Assembly (NCBI GenBank): GCA_002269645.1
Contig: NIVC01002012.1
Location: forward strand, 149,478 to 213,477
DNA length: 64,000 nt
Direction of reading: 5' to 3'
DNA from: Macrostomum lignano
Lineage: Eukaryota
Made by a program: the position numbers and the translations under genes. Positions 1 to 11,810 of the stretch are shown in pieces (the first letter of the stretch is position 1; every line of letters starts with the position of its first letter). Below the pieces are notes generated by a model that was given only the letters and a program-made list of their open reading frames with translations, did not search any database and was not told where the DNA came from.

Positions 1-705
1 CATGATCCATTCTGATCTGTCACATGATAGACTCTCATCTGTCACATGATCCATTCTCATTTGTCACATGATCCATTCTCATCTGTCACATGATCCATTC
101 TCATATGTCACATTATCCATTCTCATTTGTCACATGATCCATTCTGATCTGTCACATGATCCATTCTCATCTGTCACATGATCCATTCTCATTTGTCACA
201 TGATCCATTCTCATCTGTCACATGATCCATTCTGATCTATCACATGATCCACTCTCATCTGTCACATGATCCATTCTCATCTGTCACATGATCCATTCTC
301 ATCTGTCACATGATCCATTCTGATCTGTCACATGATCCACTCTCATCTGTCACATGATCCATTCTCATCTGTCACATGATCCATTCTCATCTGTCACATG
401 ATCCACTCTCATCTGTCACATGATCCATTCTCATCTGTCACATGATCCATTCTCATCTGTCACATGATCCACTCTGATCTGTCACATGATCCATTCTCAT
501 ATGTCACATTATCCATTCTCATCTGTCACATGATCCACTCTGATCTGTCACATGATCCATTCTCATATGTCACATTATCCATTCTTATCTGTCACATGAT
601 CCATTCTCAATCTGTCACATGATCCACTCTCACCTCTCACATGATCCACTCTCATCTGTCACATGATCCACTCTCACCTCTCACATGATCCACTCTCATC
701 TGTCA
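1..705. repeat. 22-bp minisatellite (CATGATCCATTCTCATCTGTCA); intron 1 of the deleted PAN-GRD paralog
   Basis: Direct tandem repeat. The same unit occurs at 10175-11810, and both arrays are followed by the identical acceptor AAAAAATTGCAG|GTTGTGCTAAC. Confidence 0.95.
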
Positions 706-720
706 CATCAAAAAATTGCA

Positions 721-970
721 GGTTGTGCTAACGGCTATGTCTGGTTTGTCGGGTCGGAGCAAGACGTCCTGCTCAACTCCAGCATCAAAAGTGACGTCAT
801 AAACGTTACCGGAGTCGGCCGACCCGCAGGGCCGCGTTGTACTGCGATTGCTGGCTGCTTCGTTCTGCCAGGGATTCAATTCGAAGCACTGTCGTCGGCA
901 ACTTTTAGAAGAGAGAACGCCGAGCAAAACAAACCCTGATCATTGATAGTCAACTACTTTTCTTGCAGAA
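721..970 (+). pseudogene. Internally deleted copy of the PAN + ALK/LTK glycine-rich gene (start of exon 2 fused to the end of the last exon and 3' UTR)
   Basis: 721-817 matches 11821-11879. From about 815 to 970 it matches 13618-13755 almost exactly. The junction GGAGTCG|GCCGACC has TCG microhomology. Confidence 0.85.
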
Positions 971-1749
971 AGACAAACCTAATTGGAGCGTTCGGAGATT
1001 TTAAAACTATTGGCCCTAATTGCCTATCGCCGGTCGGCGAGTCCTACCAGTCCTTCTCCAATAGCCGCAGGTACAGTACAAGAAAAGAAAGAACACAGTG
1101 GAAGACAAACCGAATGGATTTAGAGAGTGATAATCCTAGTAAGAATGGCTAGTAAGTAGTTGACTGACGGTTTAATTTGATAAATTTAATAGTTACAAGA
1201 TTCAATGCGATTCGCGGCGCAGATGATTTGAACGAACGATAATAACGATACAACGATTAATAATAATTAATTACGCAATTGGCAAGCGGATCTCAGCTGA
1301 GGAAGAAGAGGAACCGAACACAGGACCACGGAGAAGACTCCTAACCCCTGGCCTAAACCAGAACCTACACTCAAACGAGAGCCCTGCCGAATTGACCGTT
1401 CAACGGAGCACTGACTAAGTTCTATCAGCGCTGCCCTTCAGTGTGACACTGAGGCCCTCTGGGTCGAGGCCGCGTACTTGATCAGATCCGACAGTCTCTA
1501 TCTAGACCGCGCTTGATAGCGACGACTTCAGACAGAAATTTGCCGTAGACGTTACGCTACAAGACTGAAGCGGTCGGGCAGGGGCAAAACACGGACCGGG
1601 GTGACGAAATCAGGCCTGCGTCAAATGCGTCAAGCCATCAACGCAGACCAACACAATAGTCAGTAAGGCTTCTTTTTCCTGACGGGTTTCTACGCTCGTA
1701 CGTGCAATTTGCTTGATTGAAAGACTCATAGTGAAAAAAACATTCAAAC

Positions 1750-1918
1750 GGGTCGCTTTCATAAGACCGAAATTTCACAACGCCGAAAATTCTGCATGCA
1801 ATACAATCCTTATTGTATTAAGTTTTCTACGATGTGAAATTTCGGTCTTATGAAGTTTTGGTCTTGTGAAGTATGGTGTTTCGGCGTTGTGAAATTTCGG
1901 TCTTATGAACCCCCCCCC
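1750..1918. mobile_element. Small MULE-like MITE
   Basis: Inverted arms TTCATAAGACCGAAATTTCACAACGCCGAAA / TTTCGGCGTTGTGAAATTTCGGTCTTATGAA with GGG...CCC ends. A 9-bp direct repeat CATTCAAAC flanks it (1741-1749 and 1919-1927). Confidence 0.7.
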
Positions 1919-2344
1919 CATTCAAACGTGTGTTGTGTTTGAAATAATACATTGAAATATGCAGTTTTGCGGTAAAAAAAGCATAGACAGAGTTTCAATC
2001 AGCTTTCTGTGAATGATTTTCTTATTTAAATGGCAAAAATTTAGTTAAAAATGCTTTTTTTCTCCCCGGGGTCCCCGGTCCAATTCCCCGGGGAGTATTC
2101 CCCGACAAGCTCCCCGGGGCCCCGGGGAGCACTCCCCGGGGTCGACATCCCTACTTTTTAGGCTTTCTAGGCCAAGGAATTCTAAATCTAGCATCAGATC
2201 AGTAGGATTTAGAATTCCTTGGCTAGGTTTATAAATCCTTGGCAGAACCACAGTATCTGTGGGCAAAACCAAGCTTGGGAATGACAGAGAGACTGGAAGG
2301 GAGAAAGACAAAAATGAGGTTATTGTCTGATCAGTCGAAACTGC

Positions 2345-2431
2345 GAGAGGGAGACAGGGGGAGAGAAGGGGGACAGAGGAAGAAAGGGAGAAAGAGGGAG
2401 AGGGAGAGAGAAAGAGAGGGAGAGAGAGGGA

Positions 2432-2486
<55 letters not shown>

Positions 2487-2780
2487 AGAGAGGAAGAGAG
2501 GGAGAGAGGGAGAGAGGAAGAGAGGGAGAGAGAAAGAGAGGGAGAGGGAGAGAGAAAGAGAGAGAGAGGGAGAGAGGGAGAGAGGGAGAGAGGAAGAGAG
2601 GGAGAGAGGGAGAGAGGGAGAGAGGAAGAGAGGGAGAGAGAAAGAGAGGGAGAGAGGGAGAGAGGGAGAGATGAAGAGAGGGAGAGAGGGAGAGAGAGAG
2701 AGGGAGAGGGAGAGGGAGAGAGAAAGAGAGGGAGAGGGAGAGGGAGAGAGAAAGAGAGAGAGAGGGAGAGAGAGAGAGAA
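2345..2780. repeat. GA-rich low-complexity tract (left of the Penelope-like element)
   Basis: Almost pure G/A units such as GAGAGGGAGAGAGGAA. Confidence 0.95.
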
Positions 2781-4775
2781 GAGGACGCCTCCAATCTCAG
2801 GCTTTGACACGGTAGAAAGGAGTGAAAAAAGTCAATTTTATTTGTAAGCGAGTGAAGTTTATTTGGCGAATTGCCGTCAAAACTTCAAGTATATAGAGGC
2901 GATATAGCCAGGGAGAGACGATCGATAACTGGGTGTGCTCAAGCACTTATAACAGTACGCATGGTCAGTACATTAAAACGAGTCTGAGACTATGAGAAAA
3001 GCGGAGGGGTGGCTAAAACTGCACAAGTGGGCCTAAACGACCTTTAAGTGTAGAAAAAATTGTAAAAATAAATGGCAAAATAAATAAACAAGGTAAATTC
3101 AAAAATTATCAAATGCTCAGAGCAAAAAATGCAGGTGCACCGTACACAGTGTCAGAAAAATGAATAAAAAGCAGAGAAAAAATAACTCAAAATAAATCAA
3201 AATAAATCAAAATAAATCAAAATAAAGCCAATGAAAATATCACAGAGGGGAAAAATAGCAGTAAAAGAGGCTTTGTACAGGCGTCAAAAAGGACCTAGTT
3301 TGCAGGATCGAGCCGACCATGACAGAGCAGGGTGCGGAGGCTTCTCCCCTTGGTGTAGGCGGGCAGCACCGGGGTCTCACAGTGCCGTATCACCCTGTCC
3401 TTCACCTTGGCAGCCAGGGCGTCGGAGGTCGCACAGTGGGGCAGGATGAGCGGGATGGCCGGTTTGTGCAGTATGCCGGCAAGTTCGTTGGCGCCGTGTG
3501 GAACATGAGTCCTCAGGACCTCGATGAACTTGGCCTCATGGCGCTGACGCCGCTCGTCAGCTCTGGGTCCTGTGCCATCGCGTGTCCAGATGCCGGTGAA
3601 GGCGAAGTCCGTCAGACTGTGGCCACCGCTGATGAAGTGGCGCGCCACCGGAGTGTCGCGAGCGTGCCGGATGTCGCCGATGTGCGCCAGCATGCGACCG
3701 CGGATGCTGTTGGCGGTCTCGCCGACGTAGACCGTGTGGTCGCACCGGCGGCAGAACACGGCATAGACGGCGTTGGTGGCGTTGCAGTCGATCCGCTGAC
3801 TGATGATGAGCTGGACTGTCGTGGCTGCAGATCCGGGGCAGACGGAGGTGAACCTGGCGTGCGCCTGGCAGCACTTGCAGAGTCGGGCCGAGTTGCACGG
3901 CAGGAAGCCGAACTCCCACCGTCTGGTCGGGTAGAAGCCCAGCTCCGTCAGCACGTCGTAATTGATGGTGCGGAGGAAGCGCCGGCTGTAGCCTTGGTGC
4001 TGCACCAGATTCGACATCAGCCCGATGCACGCTGCGTCGAAGTCGGCCATCCGGGAGCACCGCCGGGCGTACCTGAGGAGCTGGGACTTCACCACGCCCC
4101 GGAAATTTCGCTTAGGATGGAAGGAGCCGCGGTGGATGAGGACTCGGCTGTCGGTGGGCTTGAAGTACACCCTGGTTGCCAGGATCTTGCTGTCGCCTTC
4201 GCGGTCCCAGAAGACGGTGGTGTCCAGGAAGTTCACCTCTGTGCTGCTGTAGCTCAGTTGAAGTCGGATGTTGGGGTCGAGGGCGTCCAGGTGTTGATGG
4301 AACTGGACCAGCTCCGCCTCTGTGCCACGCCACACTCCAAAGACGTCGTCGATGTAGCGGAGCCACAGGCTGGGCTTCTGCGGGCTGGTCTCCAGGCCTA
4401 TCTGCTGCTCCAGGTAGCCCATGTAGATGTTGCTGTAGCTGGGCGCGAACGACTTCCCCATGGCAGTGCCTTTCACCTGCAGAAAGTACCTGCCGTCAAA
4501 CTCGAAGTCGTTGCGCTCCAGGTTCAGCTTAAGCAGGCTGAGGAGGCTGGCGTCTGGGCGCCGGCTGTCCGGGTGCTCCCTAAACGCTCTTCGCACGCAC
4601 TCAAGGCCAGCCTCCGTCGGGATGTTGGTGTACAGGCTGGCGACGTCCATGATGAACAGGAAGGACACCTCGGACGCCGCACAGGCGATCCCGCGGAGGG
4701 CGGCCTGGAAGTGGTCAGCGTCCCTAATGAAGCTGGGCAGTTGGATGACGATCGGTTGCAGGAAGCTGTCGATGA
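2781..4775 (-). mobile_element. 5'-truncated Penelope-like retroelement (RT + C-terminal GIY-YIG endonuclease), possibly Neptune-like
   Basis: The frame reads [60 protein letters not shown] and FLDTTV, then TRVYFKPTD, a Cys-rich linker [11 protein letters not shown] and [21 protein letters not shown]...H...PVARHF. An AT-rich 3' region follows the stop at 3295. Confidence 0.9.
3295..4775 (-). CDS. Penelope-like RT/GIY-YIG ORF, N-terminally truncated at the GA tract
   Basis: ORF 3295..4668 extends in frame to about 4775 (FIDSFLQP) with no internal stops. The upstream RT motifs are absent. Confidence 0.85.
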
Positions 4776-5745
4776 AGGGAGAGAGGGAGAGAGGAAGAGA
4801 GGGAGAGAGGGAGAGAGGGAGAGAGGAAGAGAGGGAGAGAGGAAGAGAGGGAGAGAGGAAGAGAGGGAGAGAGGAAGAGAGGAAGAGAGGAAGAGAGGGA
4901 GAGAGGGAGAGAGGAAGAGAGGGAGAGAGGGAGAGAGGGAGAGAGGAAGAGAGGGAGAGAGGGAGAGAGGAAGAGAGGGAGAGAGGAAGAGAGGGAGAGA
5001 GGGAGAGAGGGGAGAGGGAGAGAGGAAGAGAGGGAGAGAGGAAGAGAGGGAGAGAGGGAGAGAGGGAGAGAGGAAGAGAGGGAGAGAGGGAGAGAGGAAG
5101 AGAGGAAGAGAGGGAGAGAGGAAGAGAGGGAGAGAGGAAGAGAGGGAGAGAGGAAGAGAGGGAGAGAGGGAGAGAGGGAGAGAGAGGGAGAGAGGAAGAG
5201 AGGAAGAGAGGAAGAGAGGGAGAGAGGAAGAGAGGGAGAGAGGGAGAGAGGGAGAGAGGAAGAGAGGGAGAGAGGGAGAGAGGAAGAGAGGGAGAGAGGG
5301 AGAGAGGGAGAGAGGAAGAGAGGGAGAGAGGGAGAGAGGAAGAGAGGGAGAGAGGAAGAGAGGGAGAGAGGGAGAGAGGGAGAGAGGAAGAGAGGGAGAG
5401 AGGGAGAGAGGGAGAGAGGAAGAGAGGGAGAGAGGAGAGAGGGAGAGAGGGAGAGAGGAAGAGAGGGAGAGAGGAAGAGAGGGAGAGAGGGAGAGAGGGA
5501 GAGAGGGAGAGAGGAAGAGAGGGAGAGAGGGAGAGAGGGAGAGAGGGAGAGAGGAAGAGAGGAGAGAGGGAGAGAGGGAGAGAGGAAGAGAGGGAGAGAG
5601 GAAGAGAGGGAGAAAGGGAGAGAGGAAGAGAGGGAGAGAGGAAGAGAGGGAGAGAGGGAGAGAGGGAGAGAGGGAGAGAGGGAGAGAGGAAGAGAGGGAG
5701 AGAGGAAGATATCGGGAGGTAAACAGAGGAGAAGACAGAGGGAGA
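4776..5745. repeat. GA-rich tract (right of the Penelope-like element)
   Basis: Repeats of GAGAGAGG/GAAGAGAGG subunits; source of the spurious E/R/G and L/S/P ORFs. Confidence 0.95.
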
Positions 5746-5759
5746 AGGAGATGGAAAGA

Positions 5760-6324
5760 GTGAGAGGGGACAAGAAGAAATAAAAGGCTATATTTGTCGG
5801 TGCTGTAATTTGGAGAAATAGCGAGAGCAAACAAACGAGTTCTAGGACTTTCCAGACTCAAGCTGCTTCATTCTGAAGAGAGCTTTTTCTTTCAATCGAA
5901 TGAAGTAGCTGCAGCTTAGTGTGAGAAAGCCAGTTTGCAGGTTTCTCGCGCCATACGAACTATTTTAACGAATGAGAACAATATATTTTTTCTACTGAAC
6001 CTTGAGCCCTGCAAAAAGTAGACACTGAAATTTATAAGGCTAATAAGAGCCACAGGTGGTTGAGAAGGTCAGAGACATTTGACAATAGGACCAGTCTGGA
6101 GGTAAAAATTATAGACCATACTTTTTTTCGGAGAGAGTTTAATGTATCCAATGTACATTGGTGGTACGGGAGTTCCATACAGAAGAGACTATACGGTATG
6201 CCCCGCATCTCATATGCACTTAGTGTATGCTACGTAGCTCTGTCTTACTAAGTTGAACTTTTGATTTCCAAGTTTTTGTTGCAACTGTTTGAAGAATAGA
6301 CTGTGCCTGCGAATAAAAAGCTTT
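5760..6324. mobile_element. Dispersed repeat 'A', copy 1 (unclassified, attached to a GA tract)
   Basis: Colinear with 18765-19327, with shared blocks AGTGTGAGAA, GGTTTCTCGCGCCATA, CAGAGACA.TTGACAATAGGAC, TATGCCCCGCATCTCATATGCAC and TTTTGATTTCCAAGTTT. Homology stops at CCTGCGAATA in both. Confidence 0.75.
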
Positions 6325-6459
6325 GCTGAATTCGCCTGCCAAGAGATGCGAGCCACGGTAAACCACGAAACAGCGAGCGTAGGCTAGTAAAAGCAATAAA
6401 AAAGGTACTTTCCGTAGTTGAAGTAAACACCAGTGTAGGACTTCGTTGTCCACACAAGA

Positions 6460-8679
6460 ATGACCGGGGCATCGAGTAGGTGAGCAAATTCTGATGAAGC
6501 TACTCTGGTGTTTTTTTGAGGCCATAATAATTTATTTCAATTTATCAAGGACTGCAAGTGGAAAATGTTATAGAAGAGATGTCTTTATGAGTTCTTGGAA
6601 ATTTCTGCAGGCTACTGTTTGTTCTAATTAAGGCAGAAATCTACAAATGCTGTGTCTGACAGAAGATTACTATCATTCATTAACAAAATTCATTCTATTC
6701 GTTAACAATTCGATATTCATCAACAAAAGAAAGAAAAAATAATACAAGTTACATACCATGGTACATTAAACTGCATTAGATTGTTCAAACGACCAATGTC
6801 GATCAGTGATGAGAATTACACTGTAGCTAACGTATTTCGATGACTTTTTCAATTGTATTACTGAGTTTCATACTTTCTTTTCTATTTTTCAGTCGAAGAA
6901 AAACTAAAAATCGAGGAAAGCACCGAATTCCGAAATCGAAACTATTCAAAGTTACACGTTCAGAATCCATTAAGCCGGGCACCGCCATCGCATTCTCAAA
7001 CGGCCTGGTTCGGCAGCACGCTCTGGTTCTCGGGCCGGACAAAGTCAAGGTGCAGAATGGCTACATCGAAGTTGAGCTGATGTACTTTCGATATCATCGC
7101 TTACCCTCAAGGCTTAAGCTCATACCTGTGAAGAAGCGACTCAAGATTGACAAGATTCGCCGGATCGAGTACGAGTCTGGAGAGCCGCAACCTTCAGCTG
7201 TAGCTCGAGCACTCTCTCGTAAATACGAACAAGACCACCATATCCAATGGAACAACTCCAGGGACTTTGTCAGGTGGTGCTGCATCGAGCATCCCAGCAA
7301 CCGGGAGCAGTGCCGAGTGCCGATCAATGATTTGAGACAGCTGATGGCTGACAATGGATCCAGGACTGAAAATGAAGTCGTAGAGAATTTGTTCACCGGG
7401 TGTCACATCGAGTTTACCCGTCTCGTACCGCTGACAAACATTCGCCTCTACAGCCATCACGCGTATCTGCACGAGCTGAAGATCCTTCAAGACGGACTGG
7501 CCGAGGGCGCCATGTACGAGAAGGGAACCTTGCATCCAAAAGTGTGTGAAAAGACAGTTGATCTCAGCAATGCAACGATCAAGTTGGTCAAGTACTCCGG
7601 TTTCAAGAAGCTGACTGGAGAGCTGGGCGAGACGAGGCTCAGGCAGGTCGAAGGTCGAACGTTTCTTGACGTCAGAGACCGCACGAAGGCTGGCAGCAAA
7701 GTGAGAGACTCCGACTTCTGCTTCTGGTTCATGACGGGCGCTGATCTAGAATATTTGTTTGGCCGCAGGTTGAAGCAGCTGCAGAAGAACGTTAACGAGC
7801 TGGCCAAACTTAAAGTTTTGTACGAGCACTCTGACACTTTTGCCAGAATCGAGAGTGCAACTCTTGAAAAGTTGAGAGACGGGGGAAGCCAGCCTCTGAA
7901 GCCGTTCAGCCACCTGATTGTCGAGACAAAAGAGACGCGATGCCGCTGCAGTGAAAAGACTCAAGTGCGCCACTACGTATTTAAAAACTGGAGCGAAAAT
8001 TCCCGAGACAAGATGGAAGCCGTCACTTTCGCCGTTACCAAAGACGCGGGCTGTCTGCAGACAGAAGTTCAACAAGTGAAATCCATCGTTAGAGTCACTG
8101 GATCGAACCAGGTAGTCAAGGTCGTTGACGACCAGCACCCAGAGTCAATGACTGTGAAAGAAAATTTCGAAGCCCAAAAAGAAGACAAAGAGTACAATCT
8201 AATCTGCAATAACTGCGAGCACCTTGTCAACCAATTGAAGTACGGAGAGAAGAGCAGCGAGCAAGTGGAATGCTGCTTGCCTGGAAGCAAAATGAGAATC
8301 TTCGGCGGTCTGATTTGGACCGTTATAAGAGTGAGCTGAGCTGAGTTGTCTGTGTTGCTGCTCAAGGCGTTGGAACTCGGTCTCGTGCGACGAACGCCAA
8401 CAGCGCGTCGCTAACATCGTTTTGCCGTCGTTGTTTGCTTTGGCCGCGATTGTTTTAGGCGCCATATTGACGGAGCTGACCGTTGTCAAAGATATGGTAT
8501 GGTGGCGGAGACTACTCATCGTTGCTGGAATCGGGTTATTTTTCCTGTTGCTGGGCAGCACTCTGACAAGAATTCCTTCTCTGTGCAGGTCGAGCCACTG
8601 CTATGTTTGTTGCGAAAATCAAGCCAAAGAAAGTGACGAAAGAAGTCAAAATTATGCTACTGCAGAAGAGGAAGTGTGA
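6460..8679 (+). CDS. Triple LRAT/PLAAT (NlpC/P60-like) domain protein with C-terminal TM segments; join(6460..6479,6893..8330,8404..8679)
   Basis: Three LRAT-like units: PGTAIAF..QHALVLG / WNNSRDFVRWC; GCHIEF..YSHHAY / RDSDFCFWFMTG; RHYVF / EYNLICNNCEHLVNQLKYGEKSSEQV. A phase-consistent 73-nt intron (GTGAGC..CCAACAG) joins the hydrophobic 8404-8679 exon. The first mini-exon is tentative. Confidence 0.75.
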
Positions 8680-10174
8680 CAAATGAACATAGCCAAAAAC
8701 AATAAAAGGTGCATTTCAGCATCTTGAAAAACTCCCTGATTAATCAAGGTCCCTTTTTAATTGGCTCGTATTTGTCCTGCGCATTGTGCTTATTTTAGAA
8801 CGTAGTGTTTTTGTATTGAAACTTTTTACGAGCGTATTAATCAAAACCAATTGTTTTTACACTTTAAGCGTAGTTTTGGTTTTCATAAAAGTGAAAGCTA
8901 CTTACCCTGGTAGCTACCAATTGTTTTTTTTCTACACAAGAAATATTTACTCAATGCTTATTTACACTATAGTGTCTGTTTTGTACTTTAAAGTTTCTCT
9001 ACAGTTTTTATTATAAGACCACGCTTGACAATTTTTACTTAGAATTGGAGCTTTAGCTACACCTGTTTTTTACTTCGGTATGAATTATCGCAATGATCAA
9101 CATGACTTACATAAATACAGATGATTACAGCAGATTATGAAACATGATCGCTCTTTGTTTCAATTGTCTTCTGAAAGCAAGCATATATAAATAAAGTAGA
9201 CTCTACATTGGAAGCTTATTTTTAAAAGCGGTAGTCTATTTGGAATTTGCAAAGAGTCCAGTAGAGTCCATATTCACCATAGACGAAGAAGTGAAATCAC
9301 CGGGCAATTTGGTCATTTTGCTATCAATTTGGCTTATTTCCCAAGCAACAAACTCCAAACCAGTCAAGTGTGCTCTTTTCTAATTAGCCACGTCTGCCTG
9401 CTACGAGCTATTTAACCCCAATAGCTCGCAGTTAAAACCAAATTGATTTCTGTTGCCTATGGCTTCTAAGTAAAATAGGCGTACACTGTACTGTTGGCTG
9501 ACGGCCACGCGCACCAATTTGAATGAAGAAAAAACAAAATTGGAATGGACAAATGTATAATATCTAACCATTTTCACAATAACTCTACACTGATGTCATC
9601 CACCAATGTCATTATCGATTGAAATCAATCCAGAGGCAGCCGAGGCGAATGAAAAGACGACTGAGTCGCCTACGATGGAAAGAGCTGAATTTTTCTGTCA
9701 TGTGAATAACTTTCCCATTTGGACTGACTTATACGTTTTAATGCAGTTTGCTAAACGCAATTCACGTTTTATTCTGGATGATTGCATGAATCCATTTTAA
9801 ATTTCTTTTAATGTAGCATCGGGGTAAATGCTTCTGTAAATAGCTTCAAATGGGCTCTGAGTTATGTAGCAAGCAAGCAAGCGCGACTACAGAAAGCCAT
9901 CTCACCCCAAAGCGTTGCATGTTTGACTTTGATCAACAAGCTGGATTTACTGTGGATTCTTTTTTTCTGAGCGACTTTTCTACGCGTGTATAAAGGTTTT
10001 AACTTGAGCTTTGTTTCCAAGCTGCTTTGCACCACGATCGCAAGAAGAATATCGCTCAAAAAACAAAGCAATAATGAATTTTACTGCTCTGATTCTCTGT
10101 TTTACTATAATAATTAATGTCTTTGGTAAGTGACATCAAGTTTGAGTCGAATATTTAATGCTTATGATTCAACC

Positions 10175-11810
10175 AGATCTATCACATGATCCACTAAGAT
10201 TTGTCACATGATCCACCTAGATCTGTTACATGATCCTCCTAGATGTGTCACATGATCCATTCTCATTTGTCACATGATTCATTCTGATCTGTCACATGAT
10301 CCATTCTGATCTGTCACATGATCCACTCTCATCTGTCACATGATCCATTCTCATTTGTCACATGATCCATTCTCATTTGTCACATGATCCATTCTGATCT
10401 GTCACATGATCCACTCTCATCTGTCACATGATCCATTCTCATTTGTCACATGATCCATTCTCATTTGTCACATGATCCATTCTGATCTGTCACATGATCC
10501 ACTCTCATCTGTCACATGATCCATTCTCATCTGTCACATGATCCATTCTGATCTGTCACATGATCCATTCTCATCTGTCACATGATCCATTCTGATCTGT
10601 CACATGATCCATTCTCATCTGTCACATGATCCATTCTCATTTGTCACATGATCCATTCTCATCTGTCACATGATCCATTCTCATCTGTCACATGATCCAT
10701 TCTGATCTGTCACATGATCCATTCTCATCTGTCACATGATCCATTCTCATTTGTCACATGATCCATTCTCATCTGTCACATGATCCATTCTCATCTGTCA
10801 CATTATCCACTCTTATCTGTCAAATGTCCACTCTCATCTGTCAAATGTCCACTCTCATCTGTCACATTATCCACTCTCATCTGTCACATTATCCACTCTC
10901 ATCTGTCACATTATCCACTCTCATCTGTCAAATGTCCACTCTCATCTGTCACATGATCCACTCTCATCTGTCACATGATCCATTCTCATCTGTCACATGA
11001 TCCACTAAGATTTGTCACATGATCCACCTAGATCTGTTACATGATCCTCCTAGATGTGTCACATGATCCATTCTCATTTGTCACATGATTCATTCTGATC
11101 TGTCACATGATCCATTCTCATCTGTCACATGATCCATTCTCATCTGTCACATGATCCATTCTGATCTGTCACATGATCCATTCTCATCTGTCACATGATC
11201 CATTCTCATCTGTCACATGATCCATTCTCATCTGTCACATGATCCATTCTGATCTGTCACATGATCCATTCTCATCTGTCACATGATCCATTCTGATCTG
11301 TCACATGATCCATTCTCATCTGTCACATGATCCATTCTCATTTGTCACATGATCCATTCTCATCTGTCACATGATCCATTCTCATCTGTCACATTATCCA
11401 CTCTTATCTGTCAAATGTCCACTCTCATCTGTCAAATGTCCACTCTCATCTGTCACATTATCCACTCTCATCTGTCACATTATCCACTCTCATCTGTCAC
11501 ATTATCCACTCTCATCTGTCAAATGTCCACTCTCATCTGTCACATGATCCACTCTCATCTGTCACATGATCCATTCTGATCTGTCACATGATCCACTCTC
11601 ATCTGTCACATGATTCATTCTCTATCTGTCACATGATCCATTCTCATCTGTCACATGATCCACTCTCATCTGTCACATGATCCATTCTGATCTGTCACAT
11701 GATCCACTCTTATCTGTCAAATGTCCATTCTCATCTGTCAAATGTCCATTCTCATGTGTCACATGATCCATTCTCACCTCTCAAATGATCCACTCTCATC
11801 TGTCACATCA
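10175..11810. repeat. 22-bp minisatellite in intron 1, with an internal duplication of variant blocks
   Basis: Same unit as 1-705. The variant block GATCCACTAAGATTTGTCACATGATCCACCTAGATCTGTTAC recurs at about 10190 and about 11000. Confidence 0.95.

Noticed and set aside
2325-2345. CTGATCAGTCGAAAC as a minimal hammerhead
   Set aside because: The conserved G8 is missing, no stems I/III are found, and it is on the wrong strand for the PLE. I found no convincing hammerhead in the PLE 3' region by eye.
3319-5763. 814-aa plus-strand ORF
   Set aside because: It is the antisense shadow of the GC-rich PLE ORF running into the stop-free GA tract; there is no domain signal.
5865-5915. CTGAAGAG...CGAAT as a hammerhead ribozyme
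   Set aside because: GAAA is replaced by GAAT, there is no stem I, and it is antisense to the PLE. The second copy lacks the core.
6840-6892. N-terminal TM/signal segment of the 499-aa ORF
   Set aside because: It reads as a polypyrimidine tract ending in TTTTTCAG, so it is probably intron.
8331-8403. Frameshift separating the LRAT ORF from its TM tail
   Set aside because: A 73-nt GT-AG intron restores the frame.
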